Shown: positions 42,554 through 53,527 of the stretch, piece by piece | Layout of the letters: each line of letters begins with the position of its first letter | Numbering within the stretch: position 1 is the stretch's first letter | NCBI GenBank assembly: GCA_963668645.2 | Contig: CAXXWC010000019.1 | Coordinates: 64,001 to 128,000, forward strand | DNA: 64,000 bases | Origin: Desulfobacterales bacterium | GTDB lineage: Bacteria; Desulfobacterota; Desulfobacteria; Desulfobacterales; UBA2174 | Reading direction: 5' to 3' | Notes under the pieces: generated by a model | The model's database searches: none | What the model saw: only the letters and a program-made list of their open reading frames with translations | What the model was told of the DNA's origin: nothing | Position numbers and translations under genes: made by a program

Positions 42554-42793
42554 ATGTCCGATCATGATACCATCGAGGTGCGGGCCATCGTCACTTTGAG
42601 CACCGCCGCCTTGCAAACCATCGTCAGCAATGCCAAAGCCATCGTGGGCGCCAACGCCAAGGGGCACTACCGGGTCGACACGGCCGGCTTGGTCAACCGG
42701 ATGATATCCAAATTTCTGATGGACAAAGATTTCGCGGCCTACGTGGCGGACACGGCCAACTATCCCGCCCTGCGATCCGAGTCGATGCAATGA
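42554..42793 (+). CDS. Small hypothetical protein (79 aa)
   Basis: AAGGAG upstream, coding-like codon usage, protein-like sequence. Confidence 0.7.
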   Translation: MSDHDTIEVRAIVTLSTAALQTIVSNAKAIVGANAKGHYRVDTAGLVNRMISKFLMDKDFAAYVADTANYPALRSESMQ

Positions 42794-42833
42794 CCCGCAA
42801 ATCCGGGCCACGGCCAAGCGCCTGATCCGGTGT

Positions 42834-42921
42834 CCGCCTGCCCCGGCGCACGGAATCAGCGCCCGGTCAGCCTCCCCGCTCGTGCCGTCCTGACCGCTTG
42901 CCCCGGCGCACGGGATCAGCG
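42834..42921. repeat. 28-bp direct repeat pair with 60-bp period
   Basis: CCGCCTGCCCCGGCGCACGGAATCAGCG (42834-42861) and CCGCTTGCCCCGGCGCACGGGATCAGCG (42894-42921), 26/28 identical. Confidence 0.8.
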
Positions 42922-43497
42922 GTTGCCGCGGGTAAAGACCTCGCCTTCGCCGGGATAGACGCGCCGTTGATCTTCGGCGGTCGGCCGGACCACCGGCGGC
43001 CAGCGTTCGGGCCGGGGCGCGTCCCCTTCCCGGGCGGCCGGTGTGGGATCCCGGTCGTGCATCTGGGGCCGGCGGCGCAAATCCACGGCCGCTACCGGAG
43101 CGGAAAATTCGATGGGCATCCGGTTGGGATCGAAACTGTAAATCGAGTGGATAAAACCGTGGTCGATCGGCTCGGAAACCCAGAACCCGGCGGCCTCCAG
43201 GCGGTCCTTGAGGTCCCACAGGTCATCGTCGGCGGCCACGCCGATGGACACATGATCGAAGGCCACCGGGCCGCTAACCGGCACCCCGTGGTCCTTTTGC
43301 GCCACCTTCTCCACCCCGGGCCACTCGAAGAAAGCGATCATGTCGTGGGGACCGATCTCGAAAAAATAGTGCCGGTAGCCCGGCCGTCCCAGGCCGGCGA
43401 TCAGGCGCATCCCCAACAGGTCGCGCCAGAAGCGGATGGTAGCTTCCATGTCGCCGGTGACCATGGCCAAGTGGTTGATGCCGGTGTAGTCGATCAT
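42916..43497 (-). CDS. VOC (glyoxalase-like) family protein
   Basis: GINHLAMVTGDMEATIRFWRDLLGM, FDHVSIGV, DHGFIHSIYSFDPNRMPIE. Confidence 0.88.
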   Translation of the reverse strand: MIDYTGINHLAMVTGDMEATIRFWRDLLGMRLIAGLGRPGYRHYFFEIGPHDMIAFFEWPGVEKVAQKDHGVPVSGPVAFDHVSIGVAADDDLWDLKDRLEAAGFWVSEPIDHGFIHSIYSFDPNRMPIEFSAPVAAVDLRRRPQMHDRDPTPAAREGDAPRPERWPPVVRPTAEDQRRVYPGEGEVFTRGNR

Positions 43498-43598
43498 AGC
43501 CGGATTGCCGGTTGTGGGTGAACAAAAATTGGCCAGACCGGCCCGACTCGCCTGACGGGTCTGACATGTCCACCATCGCGAATCGCAATGCCCGTAGT

Positions 43599-44813
43599 TT
43601 AAGCGCTTTCCGGCAAGGCTGCCCGAAAGACCACGGCCTGACCCGCGACGGTGTAGGCCCCGGCCGCCGCCGGCACCAGAAGGGCGGTGCCTCCGGCGAA
43701 AGCGGTGCGATGGCCGTTTTGCACGGTCAGTTCTCCCCTGCCCCGGGTGCAAAGAAGAATCTCCACCCGGCGCCGGGCCGGACTGTCCCACCGGCGGCCG
43801 TGTTCGACCCGAAGGGTCCAGAGCTCGAACTCCTCGGCCGGGGTGCGATAGCGCTCCCCTGCCCCGCCGACCGCATCGGCAATCCGTACTTCGGGCAATC
43901 GGCCATCGAAACACAGCACCCGCAGCAGTTCGGCCACATCCACATGCTTGGACGTCAATCCGCCGCGCAGTACATTGTCCGAATTGGCCATGATCTCAAC
44001 GCCCTTGCCTTGCAGATAGGCGTGCGGCCGCCCCGCGGGAAGAAAAAGGGCTTCGCCCGGCCTCAGGCGGACCAGGTTGAGAAAGGCCGGCGCCAGCACG
44101 CCGATATCCTCCGGATACTTTTCAAGGAGCCGCAGCACCCAGTGGCGAACCTGTTCCTCGCCTGATCCCCGAGCCGCCCGGGCGGCGGCCTCGGCCAGTG
44201 CGGCCCGGCGTTGTCCCCCTTCCAGACGCATCAGGCCTTCAAAAAAAAACCGGATCCCCTCATTGCCCGGCTGGCTGTCGAGGGCGGCTAGCAGCGAAGC
44301 CAAGCTGTCCGGGCACAGGGCGCCCACGCCCTCCAGCATGGTCCTCGCCGGCCGAAACCCGTCCAACGCCCAGAACTCGCCCAGCGCACAGATCAGCTCC
44401 GGCTTGTGATTCGGGTCGCGGTAGTTTCGCTGCGGCGCTCCGAGAGGCAAGCCGGCCCGGTTTTCGCGTGCAAATCCCGCCTGGGCCTGCACCCGATCTG
44501 GATGGGCCTGGATCGACAACGGGGCATCCACCGCCAAAACCTTGAACAAAAAGGGCAGGGCCGCCCCGAAGCGCGCCACGACCCCGGACCCCAGGATCGG
44601 CTCGGCAAAACGCTTGACGAGCCGGTCCAGAGGCTGCCAGCCCTCGTCGGTTTGCACCAGCGAAGGGGCCTTGGGATGGGCGCCCATCCACAGCTCGGCC
44701 TGGGGTTCGGGAGCAGGAACCGGAGTACCGAGAAGTTCGCCGATGGCCGTGCGCGATCCCCAGGCATAGGTCTGGATGGGATTGCGCAGGATCAGGGCGT
44801 GTTGCAGGTTCAT
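43599..44813 (-). CDS. manA: Mannose-6-phosphate isomerase, class I
   Basis: YAWGS, AELWMGAHP, LPFLFKVL, LSIQAHP, YRDPNHKPEL, EIMANSDNVLRGGLT. Confidence 0.95.
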   Translation of the reverse strand: MNLQHALILRNPIQTYAWGSRTAIGELLGTPVPAPEPQAELWMGAHPKAPSLVQTDEGWQPLDRLVKRFAEPILGSGVVARFGAALPFLFKVLAVDAPLSIQAHPDRVQAQAGFARENRAGLPLGAPQRNYRDPNHKPELICALGEFWALDGFRPARTMLEGVGALCPDSLASLLAALDSQPGNEGIRFFFEGLMRLEGGQRRAALAEAAARAARGSGEEQVRHWVLRLLEKYPEDIGVLAPAFLNLVRLRPGEALFLPAGRPHAYLQGKGVEIMANSDNVLRGGLTSKHVDVAELLRVLCFDGRLPEVRIADAVGGAGERYRTPAEEFELWTLRVEHGRRWDSPARRRVEILLCTRGRGELTVQNGHRTAFAGGTALLVPAAAGAYTVAGQAVVFRAALPESA

Positions 44814-47053
44814 TGCGGATCGTATCGGAAGGTGAGCTGGTCGTCTTCCAGGCCCACCCGCACGCGCCCTCCTTTTTCCAGGCAACCGAAAAGGATTTCG
44901 TTGCTCAAAGCGTCCTTGAGGCGGGTCTGGATCAGCCTTCCCAGGGGTCTGGCCCCGTAAACCGGATCGTGTCCCTTGTTTGCCAGCCAGAGCCGGGCCT
45001 CATCTTCCAGCGCCAATTCGACCTTGCGCCCGGCCAACTGCGTGTTGAGCTCATCGATGAATTTATCCACGATCCGCGCCATGATTTCCACCGACAGGGC
45101 GTTGAAGTGGATCGTGTCGTCCAGACGGTTGCGAAACTCGGGGCTGAAGAGGTTGTCCACGGCCTGCTTGCCCTTGCCGGCCGAGTCCTGCTTGCGGTCG
45201 CCGAATCCGATGGCCATCTGGCTCATCTCGCGGGCCCCGGCGTTGGAGGTCATGACCAGGATCACGTTGCGAAAATCGGCCCGTTTGCCGTTGTTGTCGG
45301 TCAGGGTGGCATGGTCCATGACCTGCAGCAGAATGTTGAACAGGTCCAGATGAGCCTTTTCGATCTCGTCGAGAAGCAGCACGGCGTAGGGGTGCTTGCG
45401 GATCCCGTCGGTAAGCAGCCCTCCCTGATCGAAGCCGATATACCCCGGCGGGGCGCCGATGAGCCGTGCCACGGCGTGCTTTTCCATGTACTCGCTCATA
45501 TCAAAGCGCATGAAGTGCACCCCCATGATGCGGGCCAACTGGCGCGCCACCTCGGTCTTGCCCACCCCGGTGGGGCCGGTGAACAGGAAGTTGCCGATGG
45601 GCCGCTCGGGACTGCCCAACCCGGCCCGGTTGCGCTTGATGGCCGTCACCAGGGCCGCGATGGCCGAATCCTGGCCGAAAACCACCTGGCCCAGATCCTG
45701 GGCCAGGTTTTCCAGTTTGAGCCGGTCCGAAGTCGAGACGCTCACCGTGGGGATGCGGGCCATCTTGGCCACGATCTTTTCGATGTCCGACGGGTGGATC
45801 TTGCGGCGCCGCGAGCCGCCCGAAAGGCGCACGAAGGCGCCGGCCTCGTCGATGACGTCGATGGCCTTATCCGGCAGAAAACGGTCGTTGATATACTTGG
45901 CCGACAGCTCGCAGGCGGCCCGCAGGGCACTTTCACTGTATCGGATCTCGTGATGATCCTCGTAGTAAGACCGCAGTCCTTTGAGGATGCGGAAGGCGTC
46001 TTCCAGATCCGGTTCGGCGATCTCGATCTTTTCGAAACGCCGCGACAGGGCTCGGTCCTTTTCGAAGTGGTTCTTGTACTCTTCGAAGGTCGTCGAGCCG
46101 ATGCAGCGGACCCGGCCGTTGGCCAGCACCGGTTTGAGGATGTTGGAGGCATCCATCGACCCGCTGCTGGTGGCACCGGCGCCCACGATGGTATGGATTT
46201 CGTCGATAAAGAGGATGGCGTCCTGTTTTTCAGCCAGCGCGTTGATCACGTCCTTGAGCCGCTGTTCGAAATCACCGCGAAACTTGGTACCGGCCAGCAG
46301 CCCACCCATGTCCAGGGCATAGATACGCATCCCGGCCAGAAGGTCCGGCACCTGGTTCTGGTGGATACGCTGGGCCAGCCCCTCAGCCATGGCGGTCTTA
46401 CCCACCCCGGGATCACCTACGAAAATGGGGTTGTTCTTGCGGCGGCGGCATAGCACCTGCAGGGTTCGCTCCAGCTCGGCTTCACGGCCCACCAGCGGAT
46501 CGAGGCGCCCCTCGGCGGCCATCTTCACCAGATCGGTGGTGAATTGCTCCAAAGGATCGGGCTTGCCCTTTTTGGGATCCGCTTCCTCGCGCTGCGGCCC
46601 GCCGCGGCCCGGACGGCTCTCCGGCACCGGGGCGCGGTGGGCGATATAGTTGAGCACGTCGATGCGCTCGATGCCTTCCTGGCGCAGGAAGTACTCGGCA
46701 TGGGAGTCTTTTTCCTGAAATATCGAAGCCAGGATGTCGCCGATGGCCACCTCCTGTTTCTCGGCCGAACGCGCATGGTTGACGGCCCGCTGAATCACGC
46801 GCTGGAAACCGATGGTCTGCTGCAGGACGTATTCGTTCTCCTCGGGGATCCGTTCGATGCGTTCGTCGAAAAATTTCTCCAGCCGCGCCTTGAGCTGTTC
46901 GGCGTCCCCGCCGCACTGCACGATGATCTCGGTCCCGCCTTCATCGTGCAGCAGAGCGTACAGGACGTGCTCGATGCTCACATATTCATGGCGCCGCCGC
47001 TTGGCTTCACGCACGGCGAATCCCAAGGTGGCGCTCAGTTCCTTGCTGATCAT
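44810..47053 (-). CDS. clpA: ATP-dependent Clp protease ATP-binding subunit ClpA
   Basis: Two AAA modules (GDPGVGKT, GPTGVGKT), RFDMSEYMEKH, GARPL; 747 aa, downstream of clpS. Confidence 0.96.
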   Translation of the reverse strand: MISKELSATLGFAVREAKRRRHEYVSIEHVLYALLHDEGGTEIIVQCGGDAEQLKARLEKFFDERIERIPEENEYVLQQTIGFQRVIQRAVNHARSAEKQEVAIGDILASIFQEKDSHAEYFLRQEGIERIDVLNYIAHRAPVPESRPGRGGPQREEADPKKGKPDPLEQFTTDLVKMAAEGRLDPLVGREAELERTLQVLCRRRKNNPIFVGDPGVGKTAMAEGLAQRIHQNQVPDLLAGMRIYALDMGGLLAGTKFRGDFEQRLKDVINALAEKQDAILFIDEIHTIVGAGATSSGSMDASNILKPVLANGRVRCIGSTTFEEYKNHFEKDRALSRRFEKIEIAEPDLEDAFRILKGLRSYYEDHHEIRYSESALRAACELSAKYINDRFLPDKAIDVIDEAGAFVRLSGGSRRRKIHPSDIEKIVAKMARIPTVSVSTSDRLKLENLAQDLGQVVFGQDSAIAALVTAIKRNRAGLGSPERPIGNFLFTGPTGVGKTEVARQLARIMGVHFMRFDMSEYMEKHAVARLIGAPPGYIGFDQGGLLTDGIRKHPYAVLLLDEIEKAHLDLFNILLQVMDHATLTDNNGKRADFRNVILVMTSNAGAREMSQMAIGFGDRKQDSAGKGKQAVDNLFSPEFRNRLDDTIHFNALSVEIMARIVDKFIDELNTQLAGRKVELALEDEARLWLANKGHDPVYGARPLGRLIQTRLKDALSNEILFGCLEKGGRVRVGLEDDQLTFRYDPQ

Positions 47054-47056
47054 GGC

Positions 47057-47371
47057 CTATTCCCTCTCCATCTCACAGCGCAGGGGAAATCCGTTCTCCC
47101 GCGCCAGGCTATGCACGGTTTCGACTTTGGTTTCAGCCACCTCGCGTGGATAGGTGCCGCAGACCCCCGTCCCCTGCCGGTGCACATTGAGCATGATCCG
47201 GGTCGCCTCGGCCGGCGGCTTGTTGAAGACAAACCGCAGTACCTGCACCACGAATTCCATGGTGGTATAGTCGTCGTTGAGTAATAAAACCCGGTACAGC
47301 GGCGGCTCGTCAGTTCTATCGACGGTCTTGCTTCGCTCCTGGAGTTCCGGGTCGGCAATCGGGGCATTCAT
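47057..47371 (-). CDS. clpS: Clp protease adaptor ClpS
   Basis: PPLYRVLLLNDDYTTMEFVV...MLNVHRQG...EVAETK...FPLRC. Confidence 0.96.
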   Translation of the reverse strand: MNAPIADPELQERSKTVDRTDEPPLYRVLLLNDDYTTMEFVVQVLRFVFNKPPAEATRIMLNVHRQGTGVCGTYPREVAETKVETVHSLARENGFPLRCEMERE

Positions 47372-47478
47372 GGATCGGTTTCCTGGGGCGCCCCAAAGAG
47401 CGCTACGGCATCGCCGCTATCCGTCCTTCGGGCGCCGGTTGCCTTGGCAAGGCGTTTGGGTCGGCAATACGTAGATTC

Positions 47479-47508
47479 AATATAACCATCCGCGGCAGGG
47501 ATTGTAAA
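47479..47508 (-). promoter_or_regulatory. Probable sigma70 promoter of clpS-clpA-manA
   Basis: TTTACA, 18 nt, TATATT on the minus strand. Confidence 0.45.
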
Positions 47509-47534
47509 GAAACGCGGGGGGGCGCATCCAGGCG

Positions 47535-47600
47535 GTAGGGGCGAAAAATTATTCGCCCCTACGGTCGTTCCACCACGTTCGCCCCTACATGCACCCCTAC
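47535..47600. repeat. GTAG-type REP palindrome plus partial copies downstream of secA
   Basis: GTAGGGGCGAAAAATTATTCGCCCCTAC (47535-47562), TTCGCCCCTAC (47578-47588), CCCCTAC (47594-47600). Confidence 0.8.
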
Positions 47601-50128
47601 CGCCCGCAGCACTTTTTGTATTTCTTGCCGCTGCCGCAGGGGCACGGATCATTGCGGCCCACCTTGGCGGCGTTGCGCTGGACCGGCTGGCGCCGGGGCG
47701 GCGGGGATTGGCCCCCGCCGCTGAAATGCATCTCCTGGGGTTGGGGACGGTGCATTTCGACGACCCGTTCGGGCTCGGCCAGTTGAATCCGGAACAGAAT
47801 GCGCAGGGTTTCGTCGGTAATCCGCTCGATCATGTCCTGGAAGGCTTCGAATCCCTCCTTCTTGTAGACCAAAAGCGGATTTTGCTGGGCATACCCCCGC
47901 AGCCCGATCCCCTCCTTGAGATGGTCCATGGTCAGCAGGTGGTCCTTCCAGCGCGCGTCCACGGCCTGGAGCATCACGAACCGTTCGAGCTGGCGAAATT
48001 CCTCAAGGCCGAAAAGACGCTCCTTTTCATCATAGCGGGCCACGGCCTCCTGAAAGATCAATTCGACCAGCCCTTCACCGGTCAGCCCGTCCAGAGCCGC
48101 ATCTTCGAGAGGCGCCAGGCGAAAAGCGAAGCGGTCGAATACCGACTGGTTGATGGCCTCGAAGTCCCACTCGGCAGCCGGAGCCCGTTCGTCCACGTGC
48201 AGGTTGGCGATTTTTTCGGCCGCCTCGCGAATCATCTCCTCGATGGCCGGGCGCAGGTTTTCACCGTCCAGCGCTTCGCGCCGCTGGCGGTAGATCACCT
48301 CGCGCTGCTGGTTCATCACGTCGTCGTATTCCAAAAGCTGCTTGCGGATCTCGAAGTTGTGAGCCTCGACCTTGGACTGGGCGTTTTCGATGGCCCGGCT
48401 GATCAGGTTGTGTTCGATGGGCTCGCCGTCCTGCATCCCGAGCCGCTCCATGATCCCGGTAATCCGCTCCCCGCCGAAGATGCGCAGCAGATCGTCCTCC
48501 AGCGCAAGATAAAACCGTGAAGAGCCCGGATCGCCCTGGCGACCGCTGCGGCCGCGCAACTGGTTGTCGATGCGCCGGCTCTCGTGGCGTTCGGTGCCGA
48601 TGATGTGCAGCCCGCCCAGTTCCACCACCCCGGGGCCGAGCACGATGTCCGTACCGCGGCCGGCCATGTTGGTGGAAATCGTCACCGCTCCGCGCTGGCC
48701 GGCCTGGGAAACGATCTCGGCCTCCCCCTCGTGGTTTTTGGCGTTGAGTACACTGTGGGGTATCCCGCGCTTTTTCAGTTCGCCGGCCACGGCCTCAGAC
48801 ACGTCGATGGAAACCGTGCCTACCAGTACCGGCTGGCCTTTGGTGTGCAATTCCCGGATTTCGTCAATGGCGGCATCGAACTTCTCGCGCCGGGTCTTGT
48901 AGATCACGTCGGGAAAATCCGTACGGATCATGGGCCGGTTGGTGGGCACCACCACCACGTCCAGGTCGTAGATTTTCTTGAACTCGGCCGCCTCGGTGTC
49001 GGCCGTACCGGTCATGCCCGACAGCTTGTCGTACATGCGGAAATAGTTCTGGAAAGTAATGGTAGCCAGGGTCTGGTTCTCGTTTTCGATCTTGACGTTT
49101 TCCTTGGCCTCCAAGGCCTGGTGCAGCCCGTCGCTGTATCGGCGGCCCGGCATGAGGCGCCCGGTGAACTCGTCGACGATGATCACCTCCCCGTCCTTGA
49201 CGATATAGTCCACATCGCGCTTGAACAGGGCGTGGGCCTTCAGGGCCTGGTTGACGTGGTGCAGAATCTCGATGTTGGACGGGTCGTAGATGTTCTCCAC
49301 CTGCAGCAGGGTTTCCACCCGGGCCACCCCTTCTTCGGAAAGGGTCGCCGAACGGGCCTTCTCGTCAATGGCGTAGTGGCGGTCGCGCTGGAGCTGAGGG
49401 ATCACCTGGTTGGCCCGGTAGTAAAGATCAGTGCTGCGCTCGGCCGGCCCCGAGATGATCAGCGGGGTGCGGGCTTCGTCGATGAGAATCGAGTCGACCT
49501 CGTCCACGATGGCGAAGTTAAGCGGCCGCTGCACCAGCGTGGCGCGCTCGAACTTCATGTTGTCGCGCAGATAATCGAAGCCGAACTCGTTGTTGGTGCC
49601 GTAAGTGATATCGCAGCCGTAGGACGCCTGGCGCTGGTGATCGTCCAGCCCGTGCAGGATGGTGCCGACGGTCATGCCCAGAAAACGATAGATCTGGCCC
49701 ATCCATTCCGTGTCGCGGCGGGCCAGATAATCGTTGACCGTCACCACGTGGACCCCCCGCCCGCTCAGGGCGTTGAGGTAACCGGCCAGGGTCGCCACCA
49801 GGGTCTTGCCCTCACCGGTTTTCATCTCGGCGATCTTGCCCTCGTGCAGTACGATCCCGCCGATGAGCTGAACGTCGAAATGGCGCATGTTCAAGGCCCG
49901 CCGGGAAGCTTCGCGGACCGTAGCGAAGGCTTCGGGAATCAAATCGTTCAAAGGTTCGCCGTTTTCCAGCCGCTGCCGGAAGGCGGCGGTGTTTTCCCGC
50001 AGGGCCTCATCGCCGAGGGCCGCCATGGCCGCTTCCTGCTCGTTGATCGCCGCCACCAGCGGCTGGATGCGTTTGAGAACGCGGTCGTTTTTACTGCCGA
50101 AAAACCGGGTGAGCCATTGATTCAACAT
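47597..50128 (-). CDS. secA: Preprotein translocase ATPase SecA
   Basis: [52 protein letters not shown]-terminal [18 protein letters not shown]. Start MLNQWL at 50128. Confidence 0.97.
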   Translation of the reverse strand: MLNQWLTRFFGSKNDRVLKRIQPLVAAINEQEAAMAALGDEALRENTAAFRQRLENGEPLNDLIPEAFATVREASRRALNMRHFDVQLIGGIVLHEGKIAEMKTGEGKTLVATLAGYLNALSGRGVHVVTVNDYLARRDTEWMGQIYRFLGMTVGTILHGLDDHQRQASYGCDITYGTNNEFGFDYLRDNMKFERATLVQRPLNFAIVDEVDSILIDEARTPLIISGPAERSTDLYYRANQVIPQLQRDRHYAIDEKARSATLSEEGVARVETLLQVENIYDPSNIEILHHVNQALKAHALFKRDVDYIVKDGEVIIVDEFTGRLMPGRRYSDGLHQALEAKENVKIENENQTLATITFQNYFRMYDKLSGMTGTADTEAAEFKKIYDLDVVVVPTNRPMIRTDFPDVIYKTRREKFDAAIDEIRELHTKGQPVLVGTVSIDVSEAVAGELKKRGIPHSVLNAKNHEGEAEIVSQAGQRGAVTISTNMAGRGTDIVLGPGVVELGGLHIIGTERHESRRIDNQLRGRSGRQGDPGSSRFYLALEDDLLRIFGGERITGIMERLGMQDGEPIEHNLISRAIENAQSKVEAHNFEIRKQLLEYDDVMNQQREVIYRQRREALDGENLRPAIEEMIREAAEKIANLHVDERAPAAEWDFEAINQSVFDRFAFRLAPLEDAALDGLTGEGLVELIFQEAVARYDEKERLFGLEEFRQLERFVMLQAVDARWKDHLLTMDHLKEGIGLRGYAQQNPLLVYKKEGFEAFQDMIERITDETLRILFRIQLAEPERVVEMHRPQPQEMHFSGGGQSPPPRRQPVQRNAAKVGRNDPCPCGSGKKYKKCCGR

Positions 50129-50312
50129 CGATGGGAATCCTTGTCCAAGTAAGCCGCAGCACCACCCGATACCTTCGACCGATGGATGGACGCCGCGGCC
50201 GATTGCCGTGAGCATCGCTGGCCGCCAACCCCTGCAACATAGCCTCCCGAACCGGACCTGGCAAGGGGGGAGGGATTGATGATGGATGATCGACGCTTTT
50301 GGATTGTCGGAG

Positions 50313-50429
50313 TGTGAAAGCGGCTGAAAACCGCGATTGAGGCGTTTCGGAAGGTCCTGCCGCGGTTGAAAAAACCGCTCCCACAAAAAAAACGGCCAAC
50401 TGCACCTGTGGGAGCGGTTTTGGAACCGC
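50313..50429. repeat. Three alternating REP units (BIME-like) between folD and secA
   Basis: TGTGAAAGCGGCTGAAAACCGCGA (50313-50336), CGCGGTTGAAAAAACCGCTCCCACA (50361-50385, inverted), TGTGGGAGCGGTTTTGGAACCGC (50407-50429). Confidence 0.75.
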
Positions 50430-50450
50430 AGTCGCGCGATCGCGCCTGGT

Positions 50451-51359
50451 TTACGCGATCCCGAGCTGGAACTTGAGGCTCTTGAGGGTGTTTTTCATCA
50501 GCATGGTGATGGTCATGGGCCCCACCCCGCCGGGCACCGGCGTGATGTGGCCGGCGATTTCTTTGGCCGCGTCGAAGTCCACGTCGCCCTTGAGAATCGC
50601 CACCGGCTTGCCGGTCTTTTCGCTGATCTTTTCACCCACTCGGTTGACCCCCACATCGATGACGCAGGCACCCGGCTTGATCCACTCGGGCTTGACCAGA
50701 TCCGGAACCCCGGCCGCCACGATGAGGATGTCGGCCCGCTGGCAGTGGCTGGCCAGATCCCGGGTGCCGGTATGCACGATGGTCACGGTGCTGTTGGCCC
50801 CGGGTCCCTTTTGCACCATCATGTTGGCGATGGGCTTGCCCACGATGTTCGAGCGGCCCACCACCACCACCTCTGCGCCCTTGGTCTCCACCCCGGCGCG
50901 CACGATCATCTCCTGGATTCCAGCCGGCGTGCATGGCGGAAACTTCACCTCGCTGCCGCCGATCATCAAGCGGCCGACGTTGACCGGATGGAAACCGTCC
51001 ACATCCTTGTCCGGATCGATGCGGTTGAGCACTTTCTTCTCGTCGATATGTTTGGGCAGGGGCAACTGAACCAAAATACCGTTGATGGAATCATCCTGGT
51101 TGTACTTGTCGATCAGGGCGAGCAGGTCGGCCTCGCTGATATCCACCGGCTGGCTGTCCTGAACCTCTTTGAAACCCACCCGGTGGGCGGTCTTGATCTT
51201 GAGGGTCACGTAAGAAATCGAGGCGGGATTCTCGCCGACCAGGATGGTCACCAATCCGGGGACCTTGCCGTACTTTTCCTTGATCTGGGCCACCTCGGCG
51301 GTGATCTCCTCTAGAATCTGCTCCCGGATCTCGGTTCCCTTGATGAGTTTGGCGGTCAT
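50451..51359 (-). CDS. folD: Methylenetetrahydrofolate dehydrogenase/cyclohydrolase
   Basis: [43 protein letters not shown]. Confidence 0.96.
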   Translation of the reverse strand: MTAKLIKGTEIREQILEEITAEVAQIKEKYGKVPGLVTILVGENPASISYVTLKIKTAHRVGFKEVQDSQPVDISEADLLALIDKYNQDDSINGILVQLPLPKHIDEKKVLNRIDPDKDVDGFHPVNVGRLMIGGSEVKFPPCTPAGIQEMIVRAGVETKGAEVVVVGRSNIVGKPIANMMVQKGPGANSTVTIVHTGTRDLASHCQRADILIVAAGVPDLVKPEWIKPGACVIDVGVNRVGEKISEKTGKPVAILKGDVDFDAAKEIAGHITPVPGGVGPMTITMLMKNTLKSLKFQLGIA

Positions 51360-51531
51360 GCTGCTCTCCTTTCAGGCTGTGGTTGCAAAGCGGTCTTTAC
51401 GGGAGGCGCCGGCAGCGGCGATCCCCTCCAGGGGCCGACTCCGGCCCTTCGAATCATCAATCAACCAATTGGGTGTCGTCTGTGAGGTGAACATGCTGCG
51501 CCCTCAGGCGCCCCGGCAGCATGCATCGATG

Positions 51532-51560
51532 CTTGTAGTCAAATCCCCGGCGGATGTCAA
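51532..51560 (-). promoter_or_regulatory. Probable folD promoter
   Basis: TTGACA, 17 nt, TACAAG on the minus strand. Confidence 0.5.
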
Positions 51561-51585
51561 GAAGACGCCCCTTATACAAAAGCGC

Positions 51586-51615
51586 TTGACAAGCCCCCAT
51601 TGTACCGGTACTAAT
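51586..51615 (+). promoter_or_regulatory. Probable divergent promoter for the TRAP operon
   Basis: TTGACA, 17 nt, TACTAA(T). Confidence 0.4.
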
Positions 51616-51905
51616 ACGCGATCTTGAAGCCTTTTTAGCTGTCTTTATTTTCCTTGTCGCAAGGCCTATGCAATGAACACCCGCTTTAAGAATTCTTTCT
51701 TTATCTACGCCTACCTTTATTGATGGCTTGCTGGCCGCAGATTGGCGGCACAGCAAGCGGACCAACCGGTTTCACCCCCTGTTTTCAGTTTAAAGTGTGA
51801 GTTGTTGTAAAAGACGCGTGGTTGTCGACCCGGCAGCCGTGTCAACCGTATAACACGGTATTCCGGCCGCCCTTTTCATCCACCATCCAGTCAAGGAGTG
51901 ACGTC

Positions 51906-52922
51906 ATGAAAACTGCCCGCCTCTTTTCGCTGCTTTGCCTGTCTGCCCTGGCCCTCTCAATGCTGGGTGCCCCTGCCCCGGCTGCCGCCGCATCGGTGGA
52001 ATTGACCTATTCCATCTTTTTTCCGGCGGCCCATGGCCAGTGCCAGGCAGCCATGGCATGGGCTGCGGAAATCGAAAAGCGGACTGGCGGAGAGGTCAAA
52101 ATCACCGTCTTTCCCGGAGGTACCCTGACCAAACCCAACCAGGCCTACGATGGGACCGTCAAGGGCATCTCGGACATCGCCATGTCGGCCTTTGCCTATA
52201 CCCGGGGACGTTTTCCGGTAATCGAGGCCTTGGACCTGCCGGTGGGATACACCAGCGGGTTGCAGGCCACCCGGGTGGCCAATGCCTTCTACCAGTCCGA
52301 AAAGCCCGAAGAACTCAACGATGTGAAAGTCCTCTATCTGCATGCCCACGGCCCGGGCCTGCTGCACACCCGGAAACCGGTGGCCAGCCTGGAAGATCTC
52401 AAGGGCATGAAGATCCGCTCCACTGGCCTGAGCGCCAAGGTGGTCGAGGCCCTGGGGGGCGTGCCGGTGGCCAAACCCCAGAATGAAACCTATGAAAATC
52501 TGCAAAAAGGCGTGGTGGAAGGCACCTTCGGCCCCATTGAGGTTCTCAAGGGATGGCGCCAGGCCGAAGTGATCAAGAGCACCACCGAATGCGACGTCGT
52601 CGGCTACACCACCGCCATGTTCGTGGTGATGAACCGTGGCAAGTGGAACGCCCTCAGCGATGCCCATAAGGCGGTCTTAGAGGCGGTCAGCAACGAGTGG
52701 ATCGACGTTCACGGCCGTCGCTGGGATGAGGTTGACAAGGAGGGGCGGGCTTATACCCTGAGCCTGGGCAACACCATTGTACCGCTGGCGGCGGCTGAAA
52801 AAGAGCGCTGGCGCACCGCGGTGCAGCCGGTGATCGACCAGTACGTGGCCGGAATCAGCGCCAAGGGCCTGAACGGCAAAGAAATCATCGCGACCCTCGA
52901 ACGGCTCCTGGCCGAAAAATAA
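51906..52922 (+). CDS. dctP: TRAP transporter substrate-binding protein
   Basis: Signal peptide, [39 protein letters not shown] upstream of ATG 51906. Confidence 0.9.
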   Translation: MKTARLFSLLCLSALALSMLGAPAPAAAASVELTYSIFFPAAHGQCQAAMAWAAEIEKRTGGEVKITVFPGGTLTKPNQAYDGTVKGISDIAMSAFAYTRGRFPVIEALDLPVGYTSGLQATRVANAFYQSEKPEELNDVKVLYLHAHGPGLLHTRKPVASLEDLKGMKIRSTGLSAKVVEALGGVPVAKPQNETYENLQKGVVEGTFGPIEVLKGWRQAEVIKSTTECDVVGYTTAMFVVMNRGKWNALSDAHKAVLEAVSNEWIDVHGRRWDEVDKEGRAYTLSLGNTIVPLAAAEKERWRTAVQPVIDQYVAGISAKGLNGKEIIATLERLLAEK

Positions 52923-52942
52923 AATTGGGAGGCAAAGCGTCC

Positions 52943-53425
52943 ATGCGACCTTTGATCCAACGCCTCGGCTGGCTCACCCGGGGCCTCAACGCCCTGGCGG
53001 CCGCGGCCGTGATGGGGATGATGCTGCTGACCTGCGCCGACATCTTCATGCGCCTGATGCGCCACCCGATCACCGGCACCTATGAAACCGTGGGCTTCAT
53101 GGGAGCCTTGTGCGTGTCCCTGGCCCTGGCTCAGACCAGCGTGGACAAGGGGCACATCGCGGTCGACTTTCTCGTCCAGCGACTGTCGGAAAAAAGCCAG
53201 AAGACCATCGAGGCGATCAATAGCCTGATCAGTGCGGTTTTCTTTCTCGTGGTGGCCTGGCAGGGCGTTCGCTACGGTCTGGAATTAAAGGCCAGTGGGG
53301 AAGTTTCGATGACCCTGCAAACCCCCATCTACCCTATCGTCTACGGCCTGGCGGCCGGATGTGCCGTGCTGAGCCTGGTGCTGGCCGCCAGACTGGTGGA
53401 CATCGTCAGTCAGTGGCGAAAATAA
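52943..53425 (+). CDS. dctQ: TRAP transporter small permease
   Basis: Four TM segments, GHIAVDFL motif. Confidence 0.88.
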   Translation: MRPLIQRLGWLTRGLNALAAAAVMGMMLLTCADIFMRLMRHPITGTYETVGFMGALCVSLALAQTSVDKGHIAVDFLVQRLSEKSQKTIEAINSLISAVFFLVVAWQGVRYGLELKASGEVSMTLQTPIYPIVYGLAAGCAVLSLVLAARLVDIVSQWRK

Positions 53426-53527
53426 GCCGGACCGTTTTCAAAGCTTCGGATCCGGTCCGGCAAACGCGTTTCAACCTTCAACCGGCCGCCCAGCACCACC
53501 GGGCTTCCAGAAAATCGCAGAACCGGC

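Noticed and set aside
42834..42921. CRISPR array call
   Set aside because: Only two good repeats, no AT-rich leader, no cas genes, and overlap with a stop codon. Kept as a repeat only.
42326..43219. 297-aa minus-strand ORF, and the extended N-termini the track gives for secA, livF, wzt, VOC and the epimerase
   Set aside because: Low-complexity Arg/Pro/Gly-rich translations overlapping real genes or REP elements; downstream starts fit the family N-termini better.
44241..44249. A9 run in manA as a phase-variation tract
   Set aside because: It encodes an in-frame Phe run (RFFFEG) in a housekeeping enzyme, and A/T runs slip less than G/C runs. No supporting evidence.
51360..51530. ZTP or THF riboswitch upstream of folD
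   Set aside because: A hairpin (CATGCTGC...GCAGCATG) is present, but I could not find the conserved ZTP (GACTGGCG...CGCCTGGG) or THF motifs. An Rfam scan would settle it.
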